DNA of 63,608 nucleotides, the filler included, from Craspedostauros australis (taxonomy: Eukaryota): NCBI GenBank assembly GCA_030167865.1. It is 19 parts of 19 records of this genome, joined end to end, with 100 filler letters (N's around TTAATTAATTAA, not from the genome) between each part and the next. Parts side by side here need not be neighbours in the genome. Positions count along the whole stretch, not along the records: positions 1 to 12,790 come from JALAGF010000509.1; 18 more parts are not named here. One strand, given 5' to 3'. Below are positions 1 to 12,890 of the stretch, in pieces. Each line of letters starts with the position of its first letter. The stretch's first letter is position 1. The notes under the pieces were generated by a model. The model made no database searches and was not told where the DNA came from. It was given only the letters and a program-made list of their open reading frames with translations. The translations under genes were made by a program, and so were the position numbers.

Positions 1-713
1 TATCAGATCAAAAGTCTATATTCACCTTAGTCTATGTCTAGTCTTGTTCTCCGTAGACTGTTTCAGGTCACGCATGAGACTTTTTGGTCATGAACCGTTT
101 TCTCTTTCTCTGTTGACCTCATTTCCCGCAACTCCCAACGGCGCTCAGATACCTGTCTTGGTATCTGAAGATGGTAATGAGTTGAAGGATGGATGTCAGG
201 CCCTGCTTGTCATCCTCCTTATGTGCACATGAACATACATGTCTACTGTCTTGGTGAGTGAATGTACCTGAGCATCTTGGCTCAGATACAAGCTCATCAA
301 TCCCATCAAATTTGGCAAGATCGCATTGCTGCAATGATCGGATTTGCTGCATGCATCATTGTTGTTCCAAGAAGCAAGATCAGTCTTGGAGGTGCCATGA
401 ACCTCCTCAGTCTTGCAAACTCGACAACACCTTCATGCTCTCCACTTCATGCACTGTAATTCATGCACTGCACTTCATGCTCTGCTGTGTGTTGCAACAC
501 ATGTTGCCTCAGCATCCTTTTTCATCATTTCATCTCCATCTGCTCACAATTCAGACTCCAACAGTTCTGAATTGGGCCAGCTTACATCATCTAAATATCA
601 ATTAACCACTCAGAGCACACTGACAACTACCAACATCTTCACTCTACTTCATTTGACGGACCTGATCACTCCCAATCTCGAAGTAAGTACCCATTTTTGT
701 CTGTGTTCTATCA
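1..713. mobile_element. Possible degenerate LTR/transposon remnant
   Basis: Non-coding, TpG/CpA-rich and CpG-poor compared with the adjacent gene; ends ...TTCTATCA like a copia LTR end; no second copy in the window. Confidence 0.3.
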
Positions 714-941
714 TGGTCTACGGTGGCAGTTGCCGGCAGACTTTCGCAACTCCCGCCAATCACACATTTCCAACCATTGCGCACCATTCATCGCTCTGAG
801 CCAAAGCTTGGTCGCAAGGAGGAGCAAACCTGAATCTCAGATCTGGACACAAACAAACTTTTGAGCGAAAAGCATCGCATTGCAACCATCCGCAGAAAGC
901 CGGTCAAGACCGTTTCAGAAAGAATCTAATCCAAGAAAAGC

Positions 942-3495
942 ATGAGCCGCTCAGGCACATCCGACGAAGAGGCTGGGGCCGAGGTGGAAGAGCAGCTCAA
1001 TCAGATGGACATGGTGCTGTCATTGATGAGACCGGACGAGACCTCGGCGTTCGAGCTGGCATGCAGGACTTCACCGCATCTAATGTCGAGCCGATCCCTG
1101 CGGATGAAGTTCCTGAGAGCAGAGAAGTCCAGACCAGCTTTCGCTGCGCATCGGCTGGCACGCTACTTCTCGACTCTGCAACAATACTTCGGGTCTGATG
1201 TGGTCGGTCACGAGATCCGATGGGCGCATCTGAGCAACGACGACGTCTCAGCATTGAATAGTGGCGGGATCCAGCAGCTGCCACAAATGAGGCGCGGGAG
1301 CTGCCCCATCCTTTTCATCTGTGAGGATGGCTGCCGCTATCGGTCCCCAGCAAACATGGTAAGCAACCGAAGTCAAGCTGGTTTGTCCAAGCAGAGCGCC
1401 GCCAACGATGTGATCTCCGCAGCAGGGCGAAGCGAATGTTGACGCAACGCAACACAACGTAACTCAAGATTGGTGCTCTGTGATGACCAGACTCATGATG
1501 CGATGGTTCCGGTGGGATCTGTCGAGTGTGCGCAAATTGCAGCCAATTTCGTTGATCCTCGCTCACCTGACTCACACCTGCTGCATCTTATCCACACCAT
1601 CACAGCTCAAAGCTGCAATCTACATCGTCGACGTGCTGTCGGGGGATGTCCGCATCCAGAAGACCGGCATCCATCGAATTAGGTACGATATTGCACCATC
1701 CAAGTCTCCAACAGGAGGGCAACAACAGCGCCAGCCACGAATTGACACCCGTTTCTTCCTCATGCTGGAGGAGTTCCTGCGATTTGCAGCGCCGATTCGC
1801 GTCAACCAACATCACTTCGTCCAGGACAGCATCGCTCCGGATAGATCAATGATGCCTCTGTACAAGAAAGTTCTCCCGAAAGACGCACACCGACGCCTTT
1901 TTTTGCACCTTGGTACGTGATACATGCATTTGGCGTGGGTTAGATTATGGTGGAATGATCATTAGCATCAATCGAAGTCGGATGCGAGAATGAACAGAGC
2001 GAAGATCTCTCAGCTGCAAAGGGCAGACCTTCATGCGGCAGAATGGATCGCGGTGCACGATCTGACATCCAAAGCTCTTGCGCCTGACACCTCTCTTCTA
2101 CCTGCATCTGTCATCTTCCTTGCTTGCTTCCTTGCCTCCTTCCTTCCTTCCTTCCATTCATCATGCGCTGTTTTCATTGCACTCGACTTCACCGGCAGTT
2201 GACGATGAGGGCATGCGGCCGCCGCTGGAAGAGTATGGCATCGCGTCATACAATCTCCCGATCGATGGGAGTATGCACCTTGTCACGCAAGATCATGCAC
2301 GGTGGTTGTCAAACCGGAAGTCTGTCGACGAGGCAAACTTCGCGAGGTCCACCGACAAAGCTTCAGTTGTGAAGAGAACGAAATTCCAGCGGCGTGACTT
2401 GTCATCAACGGAAATCAGTGGCTCCAAACGAAGAAGGGTAGTTCCTGGACGCTCGTTGGAGAGAGAAGATGCAAGCATTGGGCATGACAGAAAGAGCAGT
2501 GCCTCATCGCTCTCATCCAACATGGCCTTCCTTTCGTACCAATCGGCGTACGCCCAAGTGGCTGCCGCACAAAACCAAATCGGGAAGATCGATCATGGGC
2601 AACTGCCGACTGTCGGTGATCTACCATCGCACCGCCCTCTTCCCGCAGGGGTACTTGATCCTTCGGTCTCAGTGAATGTGCGGAACAAGACAGACATTGA
2701 CGAGAGAGACGGAGACTGTGACGAAGTGATCCAATTCCCCATCATCCTTGGTCTTGAGTCAGACAAGGCGACGCTCTCCCAATACCAGTGCTTGTTGAGG
2801 AAACAGATCGAAGTGTTTCGAGCAACTGCGGAAGACATCAAGGTTGGGACAGGGAAGCAGAATCGCGACATCGAGTTGGGGCAGATCGGATTGCGCTGTC
2901 GCTACTGCAGCAGCCAGAACAGCGAGGCGCTTAGTGAGCAGCAGCTTCAGCCGCAAAGAATCTCCGGGTCGGTCTATTTCCCAGGTGAGGCAGCATTCTC
3001 GAATGGCGCGACGCGTGAGTTGGCTATTTGCGCATTTGCTTGCTTCGAAGCGAAAGGGCTAAGATGCACAGCGCGCGTTGACGTGGATTGAGTGGCACGG
3101 GCGTGAGTGTTGTGCTCGATTGGCGTCTCAAACAACAGTCCCACAGAAGGAGAGCCCATTCTCACCAACTGCTATCTCTCGTTACATCTTCCTTCCTTGT
3201 TACTGCCGACATCGCCAATACGGCTGTTCCTGCTGCTGACTATACTCGTGCAACTGTAGGATCACTCGGGATGCTGTACCAATCTGCACAGAATCTCGCA
3301 AACAACCACATCTGCAAAGGCTGCCCATCTATACCCGAATATCTTCAGGAGGAGTTGAACCGTCTCCGTGCCGACAAACGGAGAGCATCATCCGGCAAGC
3401 AGTACTGGAAGTCATCAGCAATCAATGTGCTCAAGGTCTACCAGTACGGTCGCGCCTTATGGTCGAAAAGTGGGATCACGGCGAACGAGGATTGA
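942..3495 (+). CDS. Four-exon diatom-specific protein: N-terminal CRAL-TRIO-like region fused to a C-terminal Cys/His-containing diatom domain. Exons 942-1358, 1606-1912, 2199-2984, 3260-3495
   Basis: GT..AG introns join ORFs 942, 1480, 2078 and 3088 in frame. Motifs FLRAEK..AAHRLARYF and LSQYQCLLRKQIEVF..IGLRCRYC..VYFP..HICKGCPSIP..GKQYW. Confidence 0.75.
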
Positions 3496-6248
3496 AGGGC
3501 GGCCAGGAATCGAAGTCGATGTTGTGCAATGCCGATGGCGAGAGGCCGGGCTCATACCATGAATTTCATGGTCAGAGAACGATCGAAAGGAAGCTTGGAT
3601 ACACAATACTCATACATTTCGCAGTCGCAGAGGCAGCACAATGCCACCCAAGTACCCAAGCAGTGCTACTAGTGCATGACAGCACCCAGTGAAAATCAAT
3701 CGACTAATCAATACACATACAGATACATACCGACCCCATACATGCATCGCATAATACCGATACAAATTGAAGAATATCATTTTGATTGGTGTTGCCCACG
3801 CGATCGAGGATGTTCACGTACTCGTGGAGCGCTTGGATTCTGGGCGCTATCCCGTCATACCTGCGGTATGCGCTCCGTTGCATCGTGCTGTTGTGCGACA
3901 CATGCCCGCAACCCAAACCACTCGAAGCAGGTGCACAGTCCATGGTGCGTGTCATGCTGTATGTGAATGGGCGGCGCGCTCCTGCTCTGCTACACACAAA
4001 TTGTGAATGCTGCCACACTCTTCGTGCCTTACCTCCTGCATGTGAAGGCGCTCCTGCGAGATCTGACTCACGATAAGACTTCGGTCCAGCACCAACGAGC
4101 TCACTGCAGTGCTTCGCGCTCTATGACGTAGTAGTACAGTGTACCGCATTGATGCAAATAGGCCCACGCTCAGTGATACTCGTCTGTATGTATGTTTTGC
4201 GCGTATGAGCTGTACGTACCTATCTATTGGGCACCCTGGCATTATCACTCCTGATCCTATTCCCAATGTCAAGAAGGCAACAAATTCCAGTTTCTGCGAG
4301 TTGGTGTGTTGGGCGTTTGCAATGTGCGTAGGAATACATGCATGGTACTCGTACAAATAAACATGCGAGAGGATACAAGTTTTCAAGTCATAGAGCAAAG
4401 CTCGATGTGTAGCTTGGAAGTACGACTATGGGGATCCTGGCCAGACAGTAAAATGGGCTGGTGTTTGGCCTTGGACGAAGCCCGCCCGAACCATCCCATG
4501 TTTTGGGTGATTCTTCCTCCTGATCAGAGATCGGCGTCTGTGTGGCTGCTAATGCGACACCCAAGGCGCATTCTAGTCATATGTATTCCGGAGATCTGCT
4601 GACCAACCAAACAACAACCATACAGCAAGCGATGTAGAATTCCCACCGAAGATCGCTTTCTGTCGCGCAAGGGGTTGCCTGTGTGGCTCAAGAATCACCT
4701 GGTACCCAGCTTCAACGCGAGCATGGCACCTTCGTTCCCATTCTCCTCTGGAGTACGAGACAGAGCGCCGCAAGTGCTCTGCGGATCAATTGTTGGCCTG
4801 TGGTCTGTTGCACCATAGCGCCATACTATGGCTCATACCGTAGATACACACAAGTACCCCAACACGCACCAGAACCGATGAGAATCGGCACAAACGTGTG
4901 CGCATGTTCTGACGAAATAGTTTCCCGATTGGTCCAGAAAGTTCCATCGCTTTTTTGCGCCTCGCGGTCGCCATTTCCTCTCTGTGGTGGTGCGAACCCC
5001 TATCTGGGGAGAGAGTCAGGGATTCCGACGATGGTGTCTGGCGAACTCACTGACGTGCGACAAAAAGGGCTATGATTTCCGTCACAAGATTCGCATAGGA
5101 ACTTTGCTGGCGCCAGATCTCATCCGCGGTTTCACTTCAGTTCACCGGACGGTAGAGTACCCCCAGATTGGGTGGACCAAACTTGCTCGGAGGTACCCGT
5201 GCTTTTGTTGGCCTTGGTGTACACCTGCATCTGGATCTGAAACTGAAACTGGAGCTGTGCATTTGAGTTTGGATCTCGGTTGTGGGAGCCTTTGCCAACA
5301 CGTTCCGGTTCCATCTGAACGAGCTATGAGTGCTCTCGTGGGAACAATCGTAGCCTGGCTGTGTTCGCAGGAACGTGGCATGGACAGAGCATGATCTGCA
5401 GGAGGTTCGATCGCCATAGAGAGTTAGAGATGCTCTTCGGCAAGTAGGAGACCACGAACACGGGCGCGAACAAGATGAACACAACAGGGAGGTTCTGGCG
5501 ACGATAACCGGTCGCTGCGGCGATGCTCACGCCACATCACGATAACGACATGGCATCGAACAAGCCAACGACAGGCAAACTCGCCGAGGAACAGACGAAG
5601 ATAGTCCCCAATGCTCTGTATCTTGAACACTGTTGGAGGCTTTCAGCACGACAACGACAACCACAGTCACAATCTAATCAATCATCTCCTGTTGGCGGTG
5701 CTGTGATTTCTCCGTGAGTTTCATGCGAGTGAGCTCCGTATTCTCTCGTCTTCTTAAGCTGTGGAGTGAACGTAACTCAGGGAGTGGAGCATGATAGCAC
5801 GTGCACGCCCGTGTAGAGCACGAGCTGCTCCAAAGAGGAGATGGGGGTGGAGTGGTCCTTCTCTGAATAGCCTTTCTCTGACTGATCGTCAGTCGGGTAT
5901 GCTTGTGTTTCATCATCGATTCAGTCGCATTTAATGCAGCAAGCAAGCCTAGATCAGCTGTAGTCTTCCGCGCCCTTCTTGCTAGAATTCAACAGTCTAG
6001 TTGGACTCGTCTCGGTCGCCGGTATCGAAGTGGTCGGAACCCGCCAAGCTTTTTGTGTCCTCTTTCGTGTTTCATCTCGTTCCACCACGTTTCGCGAACC
6101 ACTTGTCGAATCAATCGTTGCTGTTGTCGCACAATCATCTCTGCTGCCAGGATCTCCTCCGCCCTCTGTGGCGCAGAACACAAACAAGATGGAAGTGTGC
6201 TATACCACGGGTCGTACGAATACACATGATTGCAGTTGACAAGACATC

Positions 6249-7704
6249 ATGCCCAAAGGAAGGAGCCGGTCGGACAAGCTGCAGCAACTGAGGGGAGATG
6301 CGATCGACCACATCCAGAAGCTGATCGCAAACAAGCTCGACGAGGTCGCCGTGCTCCAAGAGCAACTCGCGTTGCTGTCGACAAATCACGTGAAGGATGT
6401 GGAGATGGTGGATCCGTACGGCGATGCTGGAACGTACACTGGGAATGTGGAGAACGGAAAACCGCATGGAGAAGGGACGATGAAATATCACGACGGTCGA
6501 AGCTACAGCGGTACGAACGTGCTTGGCATTGCGTGCGAGTGCATGGTGCTGGGGCCTTGGTTGCTGGTCCGTCCGAGTCGTCGTTCTGACCAAGTTCCAA
6601 TTTGTCTCGTCGTTCCATGCATGGTACTCGTACGTGCTCGTACATGCAATACGCAATGTGTGCCTTCCATGCTTTGGTAATTCTACGTGCAATGCCTTGT
6701 ATTATATTATATAATATGTTGAAACAGGTGGATGGAATCAAGGGCAGTGGCACGGCGAAGGCAAGGCCACGTTTCACAACGGCGATTCCTATGACGGAAA
6801 TTACGATTGCGACCAACGACATGGAGAGGGGATCTACCGATGGGAGGACGGAAGAGTGTACGAGGGTAACTTCGTTTCAGACCGTCGCGAAGGCCACGGC
6901 ATGTACACCTGGCCGGACGGTGCCAAATACGAAGGTTTCTTCAAAGATGGCCAGCATGATGGAAAGGGCAGTTACAGGGTGAGTGTTTGGACTGTCGTGA
7001 ACAAAGAGAGAGAGAGAGAGCTGCAGCCCAGCGGTGTTGGTGGCGGAAGGAGAGTTCGGTCCGTGGACTGAAATGTTTGGGTCGCCAATCTCCAGATTTC
7101 ATATTATTGAACACGCCTGCATGTACGTGTTGACTCTAATACTCACAACCCGAATGTTGTCGTCGACGTTGCCGTTGCCCTTCTTTGGCCGCCGTGTATT
7201 GGGAAATGAACAGTTCGCTGACGGTTCCGTGTACACAGGAGGTTGGAAGCAAGGAGTCTATGATGGGTTTGGGTACGTCGCGGTGTGACGATGCCCCGCA
7301 AGGTCGTTATTCATTTTCAGCTCAAGTGTTTTGCTGTTGTCATGGCACCGTGGGTTTGCTGATTGCGTTCCATTCGTGCAATCGTCATTTGTGCCGACTC
7401 CATACGGCAGACTCTACACTACGCCTACTGGTATGGCACGAGTGTGCCTGGTTTGTAACTGCCTCATGAGTGTCCGAGTATGGTACTGACATTGCCGAGA
7501 CGTGTCTCTTGCCGACTGGTATCGAACCTCGCTGTTTCCGCGCAACAACTCGAGCAATGCAGCACATGCACGTGGTCGGATGGGAGGATATATGAAGGAC
7601 AATGGAAGCTGGGCCAGGCGCATGGGATGGGCAGAGAAATCAACCCCGATGGCAGCATCCGGCATGACGGAAGATGGGAGGAGGATGCGCCCGTTCTTGG
7701 GTAG
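6249..7704 (+). CDS. MORN-repeat protein. Exons 6249-6510, 6728-6978, 7214-7272, 7563-7704
   Basis: Repeated YxGxW/FxxGxxHGxGxxxWxDG motifs; three GT-AG introns splice in frame. Confidence 0.88.
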
Positions 7705-8039
7705 AGATTCCAGAGCTGACAAGCGACAGGCCTGAACGCGCCGCGTCCATCTCACGACTGCATCTGTTCATAGTATGCTTGTATAACAACACGCTCTTGG
7801 CGTAGATCACGTGTGGCTCGTACGACTACTTGATGAAACCAACGCTAGCCCATGATGTGAAGGCACTCTGTAGACGCTCTTCGAGTAATCGTGGAGTAAG
7901 GTGCACTCTGATCTTCTGGTTGTGAATGGGTGTGACAATGGTTGTTTTCCAAATCTGCATCGACAGAGGATGTTCAGGAATGCTCTCCGTTTCTTGAGTC
8001 GGTCGTTGTGTCCTTTCGTGTGAATTGATGACTCGGATG

Positions 8040-8339
8040 TGTTGAAACAACAACTCTTGCCACAGTCCCAACCCGGCAATGAACCGAAGAGATAGACTAG
8101 AAGCAGAGAAGTGAGATTGTTGTGGGTGGTGTAATCAGATAGTTTACACAAGTTTGTGTGCTTTTGTTTGCTTGTTGTTCTTGTTCGCCATCTTCTTGCT
8201 GTTTGCCTTGTGCTGCGCGGCATGATGTTGGTGATGGCTCCCAGCCGTTGATTTGCATCGGTGGTTGGCATTCGCGTCCTTGCTCCGTCCGGATTCCATT
8301 CCGGCGGTTTTGTTCCACTCAGACTCTACTGCACCAACA
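8040..8339 (-). repeat. 3' LTR (about 300 bp) of the copia element at 8144-12790
   Basis: On the minus strand a PPT-like GAAGGAGTG is followed by TGTTGG... and the segment ends ...TTTCAACA (TGTTG/CAACA inverted termini). Confidence 0.7.
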
Positions 8340-11300
8340 CACTCCTTCGATCCAATGAGGGCCTGCTTGTAGGTCTTGGCCTTGGTTGGATTGGCTTCTG
8401 TGCGGTTGAGGATGAGATCACGGAACTTGCGGAACTTGGATCCCTGCACTGGCTTGGTGAAGAAATCGCCGATCATGTCGTCGGTCGGGCAGTATTTGAC
8501 ACAGATCTGTCCTTTGTTGATCCTGTCGCTGACGAAGAAATAGCGCATACTGATATGACGCGTCTTCTTGCCGCTTGAGCCCCTGCCGTTGTTCTCAAGC
8601 AACATGGTGCTTTGATTGTCCTGATGGATGGTGGTTGGCTCCACCTTGATGCCTTGCTCCTCGAGGAAGTATCGAGTCCAGAGCACTTGCGGCATCACGT
8701 CGTCCACGGCAACGAGCTCGGCTTCCGTTGAGCTCTTGGTGTTCAGCTTCTGCTTGGTCGACACGCCGTAGATGGTGCCGGCCCCGGTGGACATGTGTGC
8801 TCCAGTGTGGCTGCGCATGTCGCCATGCACGCCAAAGGATCCGTCGACCCACCACTGCACATTCTCGAGCGAGGACCCTCCAAGAGTGAGAGTCATATCC
8901 TTGGTGGAACGGAGATACTTGATAACGCGGGTGAGCTTCTTGTAGTCATCCTCGTCAGGTGCCTTGACACGAGTGCACAGGAATGCGACTGCGGTCTGCA
9001 GGTCTGGTCGTGCACGCTTGCACAGAAACAGCAGCTTGGCCACGGTGTGGTGGAACAGATCGGCTGTCTCCTGATCCAGCTTGACTGGGTTGTTCTCGTT
9101 GATGTCGAGCAGATGCTCAGCTGCTGGCGTGGTGGCTTTGCCATGCATGTTTGCCGGTACTCCTTCGAGAATGCCATTGATGTACTCGCTCATGCCAATC
9201 TGCACCTGATCGGGATTGGAGAAGTCCAGTTGCATGCCAAGATAGTCATGGACCTTGCCTCTGGTGACAGCGAGCGGGCTGTGCTTGCCATATGCCTCGC
9301 TGAGCATCTGGAGCACATCGTCGACGACCGAGCTGTCCTTGTGAGAGATCTTCAGGTCGTCGACATGCCAGACGACAGTACATTGGCTGCCGTTGACGTC
9401 CTTGTTGGCCACGCACCAATCGTATGGGTTGATGGTGAATCCATCTTCCACGAGGGTGGTCGTCAGATCCTTCCACCACTGAAGTGCGGCCTTGAGGGTT
9501 CCGTACAGCGCCTTCGTCAGCTGCACGTAGATGGACGATTGTCCTCGCTTCTGGTTGACGTATTTCTTGTACACATCAGGAGCGATCTTGGCAAGTAGCT
9601 CAGCCATGCGTCCTTCAATGAGGACATGCACGATCTCGCCTTTGTCAAAAGTGGTCTGAAGGAATGCTCCGGGGACGTCGGCGGTGGCAACGTCTCTCCC
9701 TTCGTGTGCATCGACAATGCATGTGAGCATCAGTCCGAGCAGGGAGACGGTGGGGGAGCTGGTTTCCTCCTTGGTCATGTACAGCCGCTGTGGTCGGCCG
9801 TCCGCACACCCCCGTCCCTTGATGAGACCGGTGCGCTTCTCCTTCAGATACATGAGGTATCGCAGCGACTTGCGACGCTCGTCCTTGGAGAGCTGATGCC
9901 AATGCTTTGGCTCAAATCCTTCCATGTCATGCACTTGCTTCAGCTCCTTGCTGATTGCATCCTCTCCGCGTTCGTTGAACAGCTTGAGGCCTCTCTTCCA
10001 ATTCATCTGCTCGGTGAGAAGAGTGTATCCCACCTTCTCATCGCAGACTTTGTCCTCCGCATTGGTTGACACCTGCACCATCGTTGCATGGGCTCCTGTG
10101 TCGGTGGTGCCCACGTTGTGCAGCCTGGCATAGTCAGGTCGCGGTCCTCCACGAGTGCGGCGTCCTTCCTGCTCCGGTTCCTGTTCATCGGCAGCGCCGT
10201 CCACTCCTGGATCATTGGGACCACCTGGCCGAGCTTGCATTTCGTTGACGAACTCGTGCACGACGTCATGGATGGGTGCGATCAGCGGATCAATGGCTGG
10301 CTGGTCCATTGTCTCTTTGGCGGGCAAGAGTGCGCCGGCTTCCTCTTGCTCAAGTCCAGCAGCATCAGGATCGTGATCATCGTCGTGATCGTCCTCGTCC
10401 GCGTCACTCGGGACAAAGGTGCTGTCATCATCGCTGCCACTGTCATCCGCCTCCTCATCCTCCTCCTCCTCCTCCTCTTCATCATCATCATCGTTGCCGC
10501 CCTCTGCGCCGACATAGAGCTCCAGCGGATCGTCGCTGGCCTCCGACTCATCAGCGGGATCGTAGTCCGCATCGTTTGGATCATCATCATCGGCATCATC
10601 GCCGTCCGAGTCATCGTCATTGGAATCCTCATCTGACTCGATGTCAGCATCAAGCGACTCTTCGCTGGCCTCAGATTCGTCATCTGGATCGTAATCTGCG
10701 TCATTGGGATCGTCCTTGGTTGCACCGATGGTCGGCAACATCACGATGTTGTCGTGTGAATCTGTGAACACGATGTCATTCTGGCCTTTCTTCTGCTTGG
10801 CAAGATCGTGAACGTGTTTAATCACAGCATCTGGCATCGGCAACTCCGTCCAGTTGTTACGGTGCAGGATCCTTCCGGTGAGAAGGCTGTAGAAGTGGTA
10901 GCTTCCCTGGTCGTTTCCAGATGGTCGCAGTGCAAGTGCTGCGATGGTTCTGGGATGCATGCTGTTGTCATGCTGTTCGTGCGTCTGCACGTACGTTCCA
11001 AATTCCGCCTTGCAGTGCTTGTGGAAGTCAAGCTTGCGTCCAACCACAATCTCAGCCGGACTCATTCGCTTGGAGATCCCGTCGTGATGCGGGAACATGT
11101 TCAGCCAGTACACAGCGGTGTATACCATCTCAATGAGGAGGCCTGGCGGGTACTGCTTGAATGGCAGCGCGTTGTACATGCTGCGGGTGCGTTCTTTGAT
11201 AGTCCGAATGTATCTCTCAACTGCTGGGACGTGCTCGTCACGAGCTGTGACGTTGAGCGCTGTCCCTGCTGCTGCGAGTGCGCCGCGGATGGGCTCGAAC

Positions 11301-12790
11301 TGGTTGTTGGTGAGGACCATGACCACCTTGAATCCACGCTGTTGGTAGACCCGCACGATCATCATGATGCTCTTGGTGATGGATGTGCTAGACTCGGAGT
11401 CTAGTTTGTGAGCAGTGCCAAGCTTGATGTGCTTTGCAATGGTGACGAGGAATGGGATCTTGTTCACCTTCATGATGTCCACGGAGAGTGTGACTTCCTG
11501 ATACTGACGCAGGATGGAGAAGGGCAAAGCAGTGATTTCTGCTTGCACTTGCGGTGATGTGGTGCGAGCCGTCTTGCCTTTGAGTGATCCGAGATCAGGA
11601 CCGAAGATGAGCTCGGCATTGCGAATGTCCTTACTGGTGACGGGGCAGTTCTGGATCATGTTGTTGTTTACATACTTGATGTAGTTGCGAGTGGACGGAC
11701 GACCAATGCGCTGCTGGACAGAACGGGCAAGCTGAGCACGTGAGTAATCGATAGACGAGAACTTAGACTTGTTACCCGCTACAGTAGTCACCAGGACAGA
11801 TCCGCGGTACACTGTCGTGTCATGGTAGTAGAGGCCAGAGCTGGACTCTTCGAAGGCCTTGGTGGTGCCGTCCGGCTTGTGGATGATGAACCGGTTGTCA
11901 CCAGCGCTGTCGAACGTGATGCGGAAACGATCCTTGATGTTGCTGAGCGAGAGTATGTTGGCCACTCCGTCAGGATGATACCACACTGCGCCGTACCCTG
12001 GGAGAGTGCCCATCAGGTTGGTGGTTGCTGTCCCGGCGTTGCAGTGAACAGTGAGGTATTCATCGACCTCGTGGATGTCGTAGAGATATCCACCATCAGC
12101 GAAGATGTCGACCGTTGACTGGTTGTCGAGCAGCCACCATGTGTCCGGGATGGGATTGGGCGACTGGTTGAGCGCGTAGTTGTGGTAGTTGTGATCTCCT
12201 TCATCGTTGGCTCCGTGTGGCGCACCTGCGGTGACGAGAGTGCTGGCGTCGGTGCCTGCTGGTTTGCTGTTGGCGCCGTTAACGGTGGCAAAGGCCGCGC
12301 CCTTGTTGCTTGGACCGCCAGGTTCAGAGTTGTACTTGGGGTTGTTCTGGAAGTTCTCAAGCATTTTGTATGCATCGGTCACGCCACTTGGATAGTTGTT
12401 GCTGCCCAGGAGGTAGTCATTGTGAAGGGTTTCGACGAGCTTGCCGTAGCGTCCCTGGTCGGCGCCCTCCAAGAATGCGACTGCAAGGAATCGCTCGCGT
12501 CGGATCGCGTGGATGTTGGCCCGATTGTCATCGGTCAGTTCATCGTGTGCCGACAGCTCCACGGCCATGTCGTTGAGGCCATCATGTCCAGTAAGGTTGG
12601 CATCAATGCTCTTGTTGACTTCGATCTGTGAGAGGAACGTCTCGTAGTATTCAAGGAGTGGCTGATGAGGTGTCTGGCGGATCGCGTAGAACGCCTTGAT
12701 TGCCTTGTAGATGGTGACGGCGATGTTCTCACTGGAGTTGATATCGAACGACACGTTCTTGATGACTTCAAGGAGCTTGAGTGGGTCTTG
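8144..12790 (-). mobile_element. Ty1/copia (CoDi-like) LTR retrotransposon gag-pol polyprotein, 5'-truncated by the contig end
   Basis: 1536-aa ORF with protease WLLDNQST, integrase (VDIM..HVPAVERYIRTIKER), RT WHVDDLKISH and RNase H (VDGSF..SSTEAELV..QDNQS..DFFTKP), in copia order INT-RT-RH. Confidence 0.96.
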
Positions 12791-12834
12791 NNNNNNNNNN
12801 NNNNNNNNNNNNNNNNNNNNNNNNNNNNNNNNNN

Positions 12835-12846
12835 TTAATTAATTAA
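12835..12846. other. Artificial contig-joining spacer TTAATTAATTAA in N-runs (first of 18; others start at 15066, 18116, 19225, 20770, 22735, 32315, 41072, 42243, 43433, 47377, 49860, 51017, 52249, 53555, 55598, 56893, 60614)
   Basis: Identical palindromic 12-mer giving stops in all six frames, always embedded in N-runs. Confidence 0.97.
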
Positions 12847-12890
12847 NNNNNNNNNNNNNNNNNNNNNNNNNNNNNNNNNNNNNNNNNNNN

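Noticed and set aside
3693..5400. Possible MITE or DNA transposon in the long intergenic region
   Set aside because: No convincing TIR pair, TSD or transposase motif found by eye
12791..12890. Recurrent TTAATTAATTAA palindrome as a biological repeat, piggyBac TTAA target or CRISPR-like repeat
   Set aside because: Always centred in N-runs and encodes stops in six frames, so it is an artificial concatenation linker
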